A DNA stretch of 63,396 nucleotides from Podarcis gaigeae (lineage: Eukaryota). Shown here piece by piece: positions 12,242-25,863 of this stretch (the stretch's first letter is position 1; each line of letters starts with the position of its first letter). The position numbers were made by a program, and so were the translations under genes. The notes below the pieces were generated by a model. The model saw only the letters and a program-made list of their open reading frames with translations, was not told where the DNA came from and did not search any database. The stretch lies in the NCBI GenBank assembly GCA_964106915.2, contig OZ066928.1; one strand, given 5' to 3'.

Positions 12242-15200
12242 TAGCCTGGTTTGTAGGGGATGCTAAATTTTGGTTTGGATGTCACAGGAAACTATGAATT
12301 AAAAGATTAAAAAGATGGCTCACAAGGGGAGGAGAGAGAGTATGGACACATGACTTATCCAAAGTCCAACAAATCATTACTTCTGAACTTGACCCCATGT
12401 GGAGGGGGACACATGTGCTTACTCTGTTGTCACAGTTCAAGTCGGTTTATGATCTGACCCATTGTCTTTCAGCCTACTCCTCCCTCCCTAGAAAGAAAGA
12501 TGAAATATTATTTTATATTGCTGAGCATAAATAATCTAGTAATTAAGCAAAACACAAACACAAGCAACCTTAATAATCACTAGCAAGCAATCACCATTCA
12601 ATTAAAGAATAATTACATGGCTATTTGTACCCTGCAAAACAAGGCATTACTAAAATCAGTAACACAATCAATATTTTCACTGCAACAGGATGTGGTAGTG
12701 ATGGACCTTTCAACCTGTGCTGATTAAATTGCCATCAATTGTTTCCTAGTTAAATCCCCACATGTTTATTTGTCTTGATTAATATGTAAATTTACATCTG
12801 ATTCTAGTAACTTTAAAAGTAGAGCCTTGGCCTCCATCAGGAAGGCTATGTTTTCAGCCATTTGCATGCAAACTGCTTCTAAAAGTTTGTCTTTAAGTTT
12901 GCAAAAACAGCAGTTTTAGACTATCACATGACAGTATATTCTCGTATCATTTTGGCCACATTGGACTTTCTGTGAAGTTCACTTTCCCCTCCTGTAAGGT
13001 ATATGCCTACATGGCTCAATTTCACACTAAACCATGGTTTGTGCAGCCATATTTTTAGAACCTAAAACCATACTATTGGCTTCCAAATGTACTGGCATTT
13101 TTGACACAGTTTTGACGTGCTTGTGAAGTTTCTATTTCTTCTTTATTTGTGCTGCTCAGCAAGTCATAATATAGAGCTGCTTATTCACTTCAGTCTTCTC
13201 TGGGGTTCATGTGGTTTCTGCAGAGGTGGAACTACTATGGTTTGTCAATTCACCCACTGCACCAAACCATGGTTTGCACTCCTTCAAAGCATGGTTTCCC
13301 ATTTTGTTTCACTGGTCAATTGTAAGTCATGTTTCAGATCAATCTCTTCCTTAGCCATGGCTTGCACTGATGGTTGAAGTGAGCTCCTGTAAATCCAGAG
13401 GGGTAGGACCTGTTACTGCCACCTTTTCTCCCCCACTCATAGTGCTTAACTGTTTGCTCCCTCTCACACAGAAGTGGATGGTAGAACACAGATGTCATAT
13501 ACAGCAGTGTGCATAGGGTACCATAATGGGGTAAAACCTGCCTTCCTCAAGAGATGCTGGAGTTATGTGGGAAGGGGGCTATTGCTCTTACAGGGTCCTC
13601 ATAGTTAAGACTGCTGAAAGGAGAAGACCAGTGGAATACCTGTGCCCCCCCCTGAAGTGGTTGAACTCTAAGTCCCATCAGACCTAGAGACAGGATCAGT
13701 AGTCATTGTTGATGGGAGCTGTGGCCCAATACAATCTGGCTCAAGTTTCTTTCTGCCGCTCTGTTTGTTCCATTGTGGTGATACCCAGCTTATCACTTCC
13801 TTATGATCCAATACTTAAGGTGCTTAGTTAGTGTGCATTGATGGCTTTGTGTAAAATTGCACACTTAGTAAGTATGATGTTGCAGTGATGTGAAAAACAA
13901 GTTATCTTGTCATTCAGTTGCTGCTGCACAAGAGCAGGTCTCCAAAGCCTGAGGACTGTTGTACAATAAAATGTATTGATCTATATACAGCAAAGTTTTT
14001 TATTGTGTTTTGCTGAGTTGTATTGCATAGGACTCCCCAGAGTATATTTTAAAAATGCACTGACTATGGGACTTAAAAATTAATCTAGATAAAAAGGACA
14101 AGGTTTATAGGCCTAAAGTAGTAAACTCAAGAATGATTTTAGGCTGTGATATGTGTGTGTGTACCTGAGATCTAGACAGATGTATAATAAAACAAATATT
14201 ATGCACACTCTTTGTGGAAGTATGAATACAGTAATGGCACCTCTGTGCAATAGTACCAGAGATTTCTGACATTTAACCACTTGAGTGTGTCTCCTTTTGA
14301 TAAAGAGCTTTGCTACTGCAAGCTTGATGGAGTGAAATGTAACTTTCGTTTCTTTGCGAACAAGGGAAATCATTTTTGAGAGAAATGGTTCTTGCTATGA
14401 ACCTCTCATTCATTGTTGCTGGTTGGCTGTATAACACAAAGTTTGTCAAAAGCTTCTTTACTCATCTGGATGGAATGGATTTCTCTCTAGGAAATAAGAG
14501 GAGGGGGAATGTCCAATTCGTGTTCTGTTTAGTGAGTACTAAAGGCTCCAGGTGCTTTTGTACATGAATATTTCACTCACTGAGAAGTTGCAATGTGGGA
14601 TTTGTGGTTTTATATATAATTTAACAATTAGGCTACAATCCTATTCACACTTATCTGGGATTTAGCTCCATTGAGCTCAGTGAAGCTTCTGGGTGTACAT
14701 GCATAAGCTCTTAATAATTCTGCCAGGTGCATATTTGGTTCACAGTTGATCTGAGGAAAGCTTGCGTTCCAAGTGTCTGCCTGTTTGGGTGGCAGGTCTA
14801 ATTGGAAATCTAGCTTGATGACCTAAGTCTACTTTTTTAGTATCACTTGCCCTGCATATCACAATTACTGGCCAGGTTACAGTCCTTGTGTCCCATTTAT
14901 TTGTGCCTCTGGAACACAACCAGTGTTCTCTGTCTGGCAGCACAAGGACCGTTGGAGTAGTGGGTGGAAGAATTTAAAGGCTGCACAACAAAGGAATCCA
15001 GTGCAACAGCTGTGCTAGCAGAAGCTTTTTGTGCAAGAGACTATTCTTGCTACGCAATCCATCGCGCAACCACCTTTGGTAGTGGACTTGCATTTCCCCT
15101 TATGCAACAAGTATACTGCTAAGTGACTTCAACTTAGTGCTTCATTGGATACAGCCCCTTCCCTTGTTGTTACATGCTTGGGTTGAAGAACTTTTCTCAT

Positions 15201-17217
15201 CCTGAGAGCCATATTCCCTCATAGGGAACCATTTAGGGGAAGTGCACCAGAGGTAGTCCAGAGGTAGAGGCAAAAGTGGGCAAATTGATGCACGTGCTAA
15301 AGTCAGAGCTTTCTACATACACACATAGGTCCCTTCCTCTAGGCATCATCATTATATTCATAGTTCAAGGGCATACAGCTAGGCAACAGCAGATGAGGGT
15401 GCAAAGGAAGGCTGGTGAGGGGGTGTGACATGGTGAGAAGGATGGTGCCCTGGGGCGGGTGTGTGACCCAGGGAGAGTCCCAAAAGCCAGATACATAGGG
15501 CTGGAGGTCCTGAGGTTCTCCACTTCTGTTATACACAATATATTATATTTGTTTAATTTTAAACCTTGAACTTCAGTTGAGAAGTCCCATTGCTTGTATA
15601 ACAGGAATGCTTGAAGTGGGTTGTTCTGTTAGGGGTGGGGATTCCTGGAGTGTATTCAGATCTGCTCTGTCCTTCTCCCCTATTTTAAAGACAATATAGG
15701 GGCTGGTGCAGCATAACCATGTAGTCTCATTCATGGACAAGAAGCACCTAACCTTTTGTTTCTGTGAGTAAGAGATAGAGAGAGGCACCACTTTCCTTCT
15801 TTTACATTGTATATTAATATTCTTAGCCACAATTTATAAATGGCTTAATCCAGGTTGAAAAATGTGATAATTTTGATAAGCTAGATTGGAGTTGTTACTT
15901 GAGCCCATTGCACAGCATTCAGAAGCACCAATCAGTTGATGAAGGAGGGAAACCTAAAAGATAAACTGCTGTGGTCGCTCTTGGAATGTGCTATGCTATA
16001 CTGTAGTACAATATGCTTAAAAATGTTTCAGGAGGCCCATGAAAGCAGCACAGGTTTCATTCAGCTAGGATACTGAGCTTGGACATGAGTCATCTAACCT
16101 GGTGAGTCTTATTGAGACCTGGTTAGATGAGAAGAGTGAACCAGGCATGATCCACCTGGGTACCTGGGCACAAGCATAGGTGATGGTTGCGGGGAGAGAG
16201 TTGGCTTTATACATAGAATTCTACCTTCTCCACCAGGAAACCAATTCATCTGGGAGCCTGGAGCTGCTCTTCAACACAATGTGTCGGCTCAAGCCTTGAG
16301 TTTTCTGGGGGATACCCCGCTTGTGGCCCTGCCAGTCTGTTCTGCAGTGACAGGACCTTATCTGTCATAGCACCCTATTTGTAGAACTCACTTTCCTTGA
16401 AGAAGTGACTATTCCCATTCCTGTGTCATCTGAAGTCACATCTTTTCCTTCTTGCCTCTGTGACAACAATTAATATTTTACTGATTGCGGTATTTAACTT
16501 GTTCTGTTGTACTGAATGTTTTGATAATTGAAATATTTTTGCTTGTGAGGTTTGTTTGGTTTGTTTGTTTTTGTTTTTAGTTTATTAATGGATTGTGATC
16601 ATTGTGTTTTGTTTGAATGTGTTGTAAAGCACCCCTGGGATATTTTGGGATAAAGCTAGCAATTAAATCAATAACGGCTGGGTTGCAATTAAATTAAAAG
16701 TTGGCTAGCAATTAAATTAATAATGACATGGATCAGAATCTAGAATGCCATCCAGTCACACCCTGAAACAAGGGTGCATGACTAAGAACATCCCTTTTCT
16801 CACCAAAGGTATTGAAGAACCATGGTTATCATGTTTAATCATGAGAGCTGGTGCAATGTGGTGACGAGATTTGTTTGCTTTGATCCTCATTGCCTGGGGA
16901 ACGTTGGGCTGAGAGTTAGCAACTGTCTCAAGGTCACACACTGTAAATTTTGTGGCTAAATGGGGGTCTGAATCCTGCTCTCACCTGTCAAATCCTCATT
17001 CAGCTTAGCAAGGCAGTTGCTGCATCTCAGCCCACCCTTCCTCACAGGGTTCTTATGAGGGTGAATCAGAGGAGCCACATACTGCCCTAAACCTTTTGAA
17101 AAAAGAGTGAAATCAAAATTTTGTAGATAGATGAGATTAGAACACTGGGTCATCTAGTAAAGTTGAATATTTGCTCTCTGAAATGGAATGCCACATTCCT
17201 AACCCCTATCCCCCGTG

Positions 17218-17575
17218 CAGACCATCCAAGTGTCCCCATTTTCCAGATTTACAGAAGTTGTCCCAGTTTCTGATTTGATCCTGGAATGTCCTGCTTTCCC
17301 TTAGGATGTCCGTATTTTCTCTGGGAAAATGTTGGACGGTATGGTAGGATGTCCCCATTTTCATCGGAGAAATGTTTGCGGGGTATAGATTTATCCGACC
17401 CGCCCCCCAAGCCATCTGAAGGCAGCCCTGTATAGGGAAGTTAAAAAAAAAAAGTTTAATGTTTTATATATGTTGGAAGCTGTCCAGAGTGGCTGGGGCA
17501 ACTCAGTCAGATAGTAAAATTATTATTATGGAATAGAATTTCCCTGTTTTCATTGGAGAAATGTTGGAGGGTATG
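17218..17575. mobile_element. Non-autonomous DNA transposon (hAT-like, CATACCCTCCAA termini)
   Basis: Ends cagaccatccaag / ttggagggtatg; internal repeats of ggagaaatgttgga; homologous to 47805-48056. Confidence 0.7.
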
Positions 17576-17791
17576 TCAAAGTTCAGAAAAGCAGATCACC
17601 CCCAACACTTGTTTAAGGGCCACTGGCAGAATCGGGTACCGAAAGAGTTAAGGCTGTAGGAGCTGGTTTTGAATACAGCCAAGGCCTCTATGCTATTCAC
17701 TACCTTAAAAAATCAATGCAGAGTGCATTACTATGCAAATCCTTTTGACAAAAGAGCTCTGAAAAGTTCATTTTCACTTTTGTTTCAACAG

Positions 17792-17907
17792 TTCACGACC
17801 AGGAAGACCCCCCAAGCGCTCTCTGGGGGTTGCAATACAAGAGAACACGCGCCTACTGCCCCACGGAGTACCAGGCCTCTTATCACCAGGACTTATCTCC
17901 CCAACAG
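17792..17907 (+). CDS. DACH2: DACH2 internal coding exon (116 bp) after the Dachbox-N/SKI domain; (S)SRPGRPPKRSLGVAIQENTRLLPHGVPGLLSPGLISPT(G)
   Basis: Polypyrimidine tract and AG (ttttcacttttgtttcaacag) end at 17791; GT donor at 17908. The translation matches the recalled vertebrate DACH2 segment SSRPGRPPKRSLGVLQENARLL...PGLLSPGLITPTG better than DACH1 (SSRPGRPPKRTQSV). Phase-2 start, phase-1 end. Confidence 0.95.
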
Positions 17908-19050
17908 GTAATAAAATCCATTGGATGATAGGCTCTGTCTCTCCCTACTGCACAGCAGTTGAAATAAACTAATATTGATCTAACTGCCTTGTCCTTCAGG
18001 GCTTTTCAAGCTTTACCAGAGGTTACGCTATTGAATTTTTTGAGCATTCATGAAAAACCCCGTGTGGTGTTGCTTTGCTGACTAAAACCTAATGGATTTG
18101 CGATTTAGTTCTTCATTAATCGTAATTTCCTTAAAGGGAAAGTGCCATTAGATACTTGGCTATATGATACGGGCGGAGGCAGAGGTAGGATGCTGATCCT
18201 CATATGGCCTCATAGGCTGCATGAATACCTTCTCTTAAATGTAGTGGGGTAGGCGAAATTATTCTTTCTCTTGCTCTGTCGAAACACATGGAAACCAAAA
18301 GTCCACTGCTGGATTACCAAATAGGCAGAGTAGGCACCGGCCTTTTAAATAATATTGGTTTGGTCTTGAAATAAAATTACTATCAAGCTTTCTTAGTTCA
18401 AAGGCTATCCCACTTGAGCGTGTACACGAGAAACCTCCAGAAACTAAGCTTTCTGTGAGTTGGTGTGTTGCAAGTTCTTGCCAACTCTGGATTCTAATAG
18501 AATATTTGTGAGTACTAGGAGATAATTTGCAAGGGGGGGAGGGGAGAAAGATTTTGACTGCCACAGGGTTAATCTGGTGCTGCAACCATGATCAAAGAGG
18601 ACCTTCATGCATGGTGATAGCTGTGGGTAACACCATTAATGTTTCCTGTGGCAGACCATGCAAGATGTAGAGATCATACACATGTGTACATAATGCCTTT
18701 GAACATCTGGGTAGGCAGTGCTAGGAGAGCTATCACAGAGGTGGGTAACAGGATCCAGCCATGGGCTAAGTTTGACCCATTTTCGACAATGACAGGCGAC
18801 CCGTTTTTGCAGTCCTGGTTTGAAATCAAACTATGAAGGCAAGCACATTGCTTGGAAAGCCCCGACAAATGGCTGATCATTTGATTGGGTCTTGCAGTGT
18901 GCTGTGCATGCAGTGCTTCACAAGGCCTGACAGTCAGCTGATTATTGGTGCTTGTAGGGCAGGATACACAGGGCACTGTAAGATCCAGTGATCAGCTGAC
19001 ATCAGGTAGGGGACAGGCCAGCAGGGCTTAGCCAAAATGCCCTTCCATTA

Positions 19051-19400
19051 AAGGTAAAGGGACCCCTGACCATTAGGTCCAGTTGTGACCGACTCTGGGG
19101 TTGTGGCGCTCATCTCGCTTTATTGGCTGAGGGAGCCGGCGTACAGCTTCCGGGCCATGTGGCCAGCATGAGTAAGCCGCCTCTGGCAAACCAGAGCAGC
19201 GTATGGAAACACCGTTTACCTTCCCGCCAGAGCGGTACCTATTTATCTACTTGCACTTTGACGTGCTTTCGAACTGCTAGGTTGGCAGGAGCAGGGACTG
19301 AGCAACGGGAGCTCACCCCGTCGCGGGGATTTGAATCGCTGACCTTCTGATCGGCAAGTTCTAGGCTCTGTGGTTTAACCCACAGTGTCACCCGCGTCCC
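19051..19400 (-). mobile_element. Full-length Sauria SINE
   Basis: Family head and ACCTTT tail; TSD tgcccttccatta at 19038-19050 and 19402-19414. Confidence 0.96.
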
Positions 19401-22400
19401 TTGCCCTTCCATTAGCTGGCCGCTAATTAATTAGGTCCTTGGTCTGGGGGTTCCCCACCACTGGGTATCATGTACAAGAGGGCATAGACTTCTTCTCTGT
19501 TGCTGCAGAGGGCATGCCTGCATCTACAGGATGGTAGATTTCATTTGAATATTATGAGATACCTCAGCCCCCATTATGTACTTTGTGTTTAAAACAGCAT
19601 CATACCAGTTCAAGCAGTTGTGACTTCCTTACAAAAAATCCTAAGAACTGTTGTTTGCTACGGGTGCTGAGAATTGTCAGGAGTCCCCTATTCCCCTCAG
19701 AGAGCTACAATTCCCAGAGGGATTGGTTCTTTTTTAACCACTCTGAAAGCTGTAGCTCTGTGAGAGAAACATCAGTGTAGCTCAGGGATTTCCCACAGTT
19801 GTAATGTACGGTGTTGTTCGAAGGCAAAGCAAAGGACCTAATACCACAATGTATACCAGTGCCATTATTGTGACTCAGATAAAATGTTGTGAGCCTGCTT
19901 TTGGGCACCCCAAAAGTCTTCTTCAGACTTCGAGTTTTGGACAAATGCATATCCATCTCAACTTTTACTGGAAGTTACCGTTTGGTCAAACTCTCCCTGA
20001 GTAGTTTAGATTGATGTTTGAAGATCTCAGGTTTTTGTCTGCAAGGAGTTGTGGTAGGTTTGTGTACCATTCCAACATACAACAACCCTGCCCCCCCGGA
20101 TGTAGTATGAAGTTGTATAGTCCAGGATCTTGTGATGATTGGTATGTTTGGACTTAAGTAAAGCTTGAAAGAGAAATGGGATACCAACATTTTGCCCTGC
20201 TTAGAGATCCCACCCCTACTGAGTGATCTGGCTAGCCCCTGTAGACAGAATGTTGAACTATTGGAAGAATTGGACTGACTCAGTTTGACCATTCTCCTTA
20301 TAAGCTGGGAACATTGGCAGATGTGAAAGAAATGCAAAATCACTTCCAATATGCGTTTATTAAAAGGGCAGAAATCGGAACTGTTTGACAAAGATATTTC
20401 ACAACTGCCATGTAATGACTGCTTTAAATTACCACATGGCTGGCTGCTAATTAAAGGTGCAGGAACACACACACACACACACACAGCTATGGGAAACACT
20501 AGCGTTAATGCTGATGTTTATTGCAACAAATGCATGAAACATGGGCATCATATGCATGCTCACCTTTAAACATCTAAGTGTATGCATCAGGGAGGCAGGA
20601 TTTGGTCAGTATCCCCAAACATATGCTACGTGCCCCAAAGTGGAGACAATTAAAAGCAGCAGCTTCATGTGGCATGCGAGACATACCATTTTAGCCATCT
20701 ATATGATACAAAATGTGAAGCAAACTGTACTCCTTTAAAACGACTGTTTCACCCACTGTCTGTGGAGACTTGTTCTCGGTGACAAAAATTCTGCTGTGAA
20801 TTACTTTGATGTTTGTGGCTAATAAATTAATATGATTAAGTTAATGAGCAGCACAAATGTTGCCAAACTCCACAAAGTCCATCTTTTGATTCCTGCTCTC
20901 TACATTTGCAGTCCTGCCTTTCCCCCTGTGGTGAGAGGATTGTTGCTTCCTACGCACTGTCACTGTGATAAATGGCAGATCCCACAGTACCCTGTGTTCC
21001 ATCTGGTGTGCCCTCAAACTAATCCAAAATGAGAAGTATTTTATACAGATCGCACGCTCATGAGTGATGCCTTGCAGGGATCATAGGAAGATCTGATTGT
21101 TTTTAGTTTTAAACTTTCCTCTGATAACAAAGTTGTTCAAGAATAGTATCTAGGTCTGCAAGCTGTAATAGTTAAATTGATCAACTGAAGCTAAATTGGA
21201 GTGGGCAAATTTTTGATCTGTGGGGCTGCGAGTTAAGGGAATTCACAAGGTATGTTGATTGTGTTGCAGCACCTGAAAATACTGCCTTTCTCCCAAGTTT
21301 TTAAATATCTCTTTTCTCTCAAGACTTCTGTCTCTTTCTTTTTCTCTCTCTCACCCTCTCCTGTCCCACCTTCCTTAAACATTTTGTTCCTTTCTTTAAA
21401 TATCAAACCTGTGGATTTGTTCTTTTTAACATATTTATTGCAAAACTCCTAATCCTTGAGGTGATGGTTGCTGCTGTTTTTACTTTTAATGTAATTACTG
21501 AATAGCTTGTCATAGTGGTTGCTGCTGCTGCTGCTGCTGCTATTACTTAAGACCCCATGTCATCCATGATGTTACCTGCATGGTGGTAGGTAGCGGGGAG
21601 GCTGATTGCATAAGCTGAAACTGATCCCACAACACATCACAAACTATGGTACTGCATGCTTCGTTTGGAACTACAACCTCAGAGTCAAGGTCACCCGAAA
21701 TCAAGCAGCTTTATCCTCAAAGTATATAGCCACTTGGACACAGCTCCGTAGGCTGCTTCCCTACGGTGGGAGGCAGTAACCTCCAGCCCATCTAAAATAA
21801 CTCTGCTGGCTGACCACTAGAGGATGCAATGCAAGCTGTGAAATGATCATTCTTTGCAGCCTGCATTGCCTCATGGTAGGTATGATTATGCACGCTAACC
21901 AGTGTTTGGTTGGCTTCTGAGCAAGACATGTACAAGTTGTGCTAGAGTCTCTGTCCAGCATTTTTCAGAGCCTTAAGCTCCCCAGAATACAGTGTTGGAG
22001 TGAATGCTTTGGAATCATGTCAACTGCTTAGCAAAACCAGGGCTTTGACAGATCATCAGCTTTCTCTGCAGTAAGATACCCCAGAGTCAGAGAAATACCT
22101 AAAGGACAAATAAAAACAGTAATGTTCCCCATAGCTTCTGCGTCCCAGAGCAACCACTGCCTCAAAGACTTGGTTGACACTTGGCATTAGATTTGTGGGG
22201 ACTGATGCACTTAAGACAGGGTGATATTAAAATTCATTTTGAAAGCATGACAATTGTATTAGTAGTGTTTCATATTATGGAAGAAGATGTGGAAGTTATA
22301 GTTTGCTCATTTTTTTATTTATTGTATTTCCAAGGCAGTAGCACTCCTGCTAGTTTGTGGTCTGTTATTGCATTGGGATGTGGGCTCAAGGATTGCCTTG

Positions 22401-22898
22401 GTATCTAGCCTAGAAGCTAAAAGAGAGTCATGTTTTATCATAAAAAATGTTAAGTGGTAATGGCAGCTCTTAGAATAACTTGACTGATAGTGATACCCCC
22501 TTTAGTCCATACAATTGAGAGGAACAAAGTAGGCGTTTATTTGCTTTTGACATAAGAAAAGCAAGCCATCACGCTTTTTAAGATGTACAGAATCCCAAAT
22601 TAGATAAATATTTGCTTTACAGCATAGCATTTAATGTTATGTTTGCCATAATTTGCTGCTATTTTGACAGGCCACAAATAAGAAGTTAGTCTAGCACTCC
22701 ATAAAAATGCAATAAATTAGATACTACTTCCCCGGGAAATAATTATTCCACGTATTTATGAATTGTGCGGGGATCTGCAGTTTGTATCAGAGCTATTCAT
22801 TTTCTCAGTCAGACTTAAGTAACCAAAAGATGGAGGTGGTGGGTTGTTGTTTTTTTGAATGGGTGGTGGGTTTTGCATCATCCAGATTTTTGTGCATA

Positions 22899-23123
22899 CA
22901 GTGGTACCTCTAGTTACGAACTTAATTCATTCTGGAGGTCCGTTCTTAACCTGAAACTGTTCTTAACTAGATGTGTGCTTTCGCTAATGGGGCCTCTTGC
23001 TGCAGCTGTGCTGCTGGCAAACAATTTCCATTCTCATCCTGGGGCAAAGTTCTCAACTCGAGGTAACTTTTCCAGGTTAGCGGAGTTTGTAACCTGAGGC
23101 ATTTGTAACTCGAGGTACCACTG
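22899..23123. mobile_element. Tc1/mariner-pogo-type MITE
   Basis: TIRs cagtggtacctctagttac / gtaactcgaggtaccactg; TA on the left, gTA on the right; internal sequence shared with 24591-24832. Confidence 0.88.
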
Positions 23124-24590
23124 GTATTAGAAATGACTCTGAAATCTTGTTCATGGGATAGGATTTTAGAGACCCCAGAGCAAGAATTGGAGGCCATTTT
23201 CAGTCCAAGGGCCACATTCTCTTCTAGGTAACCTTCTGGGGGCCACATGCCTGTGGTAGGCGGAGCCAGAGGAAAATGTGGAGAGAGCAAATAACAGAGC
23301 AATTAACCTTTCTATAGTAGGCTAGTTTCTAGAGGTACTCACATGCCCTTCTCTATCCTTCATCCAGGCTAGCAAGGAGGATTATCAGAATTCATGAACG
23401 CATACCAGCTAGGCAAAAACATTCAAGGGAAGGTGCAAAGGAGGGCTTTGGGAGATTTGCTCTGGGAGATGGGGTGTGACTGGTAAGGGGTGTTTGGCAT
23501 GGAGAGGGTCCTGAGAGCCAGATAGAGAGACCTAAGATCTCCCATACCTGGCAGGACTCCTAATCTACTTGTAGGCTCCCTTAGTTTTCTACATTTCCAC
23601 GTTAAAGCCACTTTTGCCTTCCTTGAACACACCTCCTCATATGTAGTGGAGGTTGGTCCATTAGAGGAAATGGGGCACTGTCCCAACAACATCAGCCTAC
23701 CTCAACCAGTCCCCTCCTGCCTGCCTTCTTATTTGCAACCAGTCCATTGGCTGACTGGCTGTCAGCGTCCTCCTCCTTAGTCTCTGTGCCTTGCAAGACA
23801 CAAGGGCAGCACTGGGCACAAAAATAAGATGCAGGTTGTGATATGTGCCTATTAATATCAGTCGCATAAATAAAAGCTGTTATCAAAATATTATATTGCA
23901 AACAGGGTTTAAAAAATTATAATGAATTAACAATTATGAAAATACATCTCGGAGAAACAGACTAGGAAAGAGAGAACAACCTCTTCTGAAAGAACTAGAC
24001 GATAACCTTTCTGGAATTCTTTAGCATGTTGAAAGAGTATTTTTGCACTGACTTATTAAATTAGGCAAGGTCACCTTTTCATTTTATTAACAGATTAGGT
24101 TTGCCAGATCGTGGACTTTGATTCTGAAAAAACATGGCTAAATTGTCCAGGAACCTATGTCAAATAGAAAATAGACTGAAACAATGTTGAATCAATTTGA
24201 GGTGGCTTAAACCTTTGGTGTTGTTGTTTTTACCAGAGGATGATTTGTTAAAGCATGGAGACAGTGCTTTAATGTGTGGTTATGTAATTCAAGGCTTGAT
24301 TAGGTGGGCTTTTCAGATAATGATGGAAAACAGAAAAATAGTTTTGAGCAAGCCTCTTTTCTCATACTGACTACTACCTCCAAAAGCAGAGAGTAATATA
24401 CATCAATAATAAGCCACGTATGGATGCCTATGAAGCCAAAATGTCATCATTCATAAGAGGGAGGTATCATCAGGTTTGGAGGAACCCCAAGATTTGTAGG
24501 AATAGGGAAGCCCAGACAGCCCAGTGAGGACCAAAGCTGCTCAGTTGCCATAAAATGCTGAAGACCTGTTGAGAGCGAGCAAGAGATGTA

Positions 24591-24832
24591 CAGTGGTACC
24601 TCGGGTTAAGTACTTAATTTGTTCCGGAGGTCTGTTCTTAACCTGAAACTGTTCTTAACGTGAAGCACCACTTTAGCTAATGGGGCCTCCTGCTGCCGCC
24701 GCGCCACTGGAGCCCGATTTCTGTTCTTATCCTGAAGCAAAGTTCTTAACCTGAAGCACTATTTCTGGGTTAGTGGAGTGTGTAACCTGAAGCATATGTA
24801 ACCTGAAGCATATGTAACCCAAGGTACCACTG
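24591..24832. mobile_element. Tc1/mariner-pogo-type MITE
   Basis: TIRs cagtggtacctcgggtta / taacccaaggtaccactg; TA TSD at 24589-24590 and 24833-24834; repeated aacctgaag motif. Confidence 0.92.
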
Positions 24833-25698
24833 TACATCATTGGCCACCTCTGGCAGTGTTAAATCTATGCCCCGTTGCTCATTATTTTCATGGTTAAATA
24901 GTCTCAATGAATAATAATAATAATAATAATAATAATAGTTTATTCTTTATACCCTGCCCATCTGGCTGGGTTTCCCTAGCTACTCTGGGCAGCTCACAAC
25001 AGAATTAATGATAATAATAATAAAAAGGTGATAAAACATCAGATATTAAAAACTTCCATAAATAACCTGCCTTTCTTCAACTTTCTTCAATTCACATGAT
25101 AGCACACATAGTTTCAGGTTGTGCTTATGTAACTATTTTTGATATGATTCTTAATGTTCTTTTATATGCCAATGGTTATTACTGTTTCCGAAGGGACTCA
25201 CGGCAAAGGCAGTGGCACTGACAAGTAATATAAACACATAAACCATTAACAGTGTTTTGTCTAAATAAAAGGTTTTTCATACATTACTAAAATTAAATCA
25301 TTATCACATAGTAGCATATGAGCACCAACAGATTCTCAGCTGTAGCTAAACAATCTGACTCTTAAATTGGGTCTTGTTGGATCTAGCTGTGTCTTCTCCA
25401 CCTCAGCCTCTTCAAATAAGTGCCAGAAAGATAATTGCTAGTCCTTATAAAAACAAAACAACAACAACCCATAAAATAATATAAAGGAGGCAGAGTACTG
25501 GCAGAGTTACCCATTCTATCCAGCGTTCTTTCCCATCCTTCTTGCCAGATCTCTTGTACAAGTTGAAGGGATCTGTTCTGAGCCCCTTAGTAAATGGACA
25601 ACTTTTCTCTCTTGTCACCATTTTCCTTATTTTCATGAAATAATCTTTTGAATGTTATTGAGAAGAGGTGCTGTTGCAGCAAGCAGCTAGTCCAGATG

Positions 25699-25863
25699 AG
25701 GAAGGGCCATAGCTTAGTGGTAGACTTCCTGTCTTGCACGCAGGAAGTCTCCAATATCCCCAGGTTGGGTTGGAAGAGTCTCCAATCCTTACTCATATCC
25801 TGGAGAGCTGCTGCCAGCCAGTGCAGACATTACTGAGCTAGATGGGCCAATGGTCTGACTCGG
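25699..25863 (+). mobile_element. tRNA-derived squamate SINE (same family as 10436-10624)
   Basis: gaagggccatagcttagtggtaga A-box head; body ...gagctagatgggccaatggtctgactc. Confidence 0.75.

Noticed and set aside
1-17791. DACH2 small alternative exon (RKRQMTRKQAVN-like) and the Dachbox-N exon
   Set aside because: Not found by eye; presumably upstream of the window or absent in this species.
19123-19350. Repeated peptide MAEGAGVQLPGHVASM... (also 32994, 43138, 46941)
   Set aside because: Translation of antisense Sauria SINE, not a gene family.
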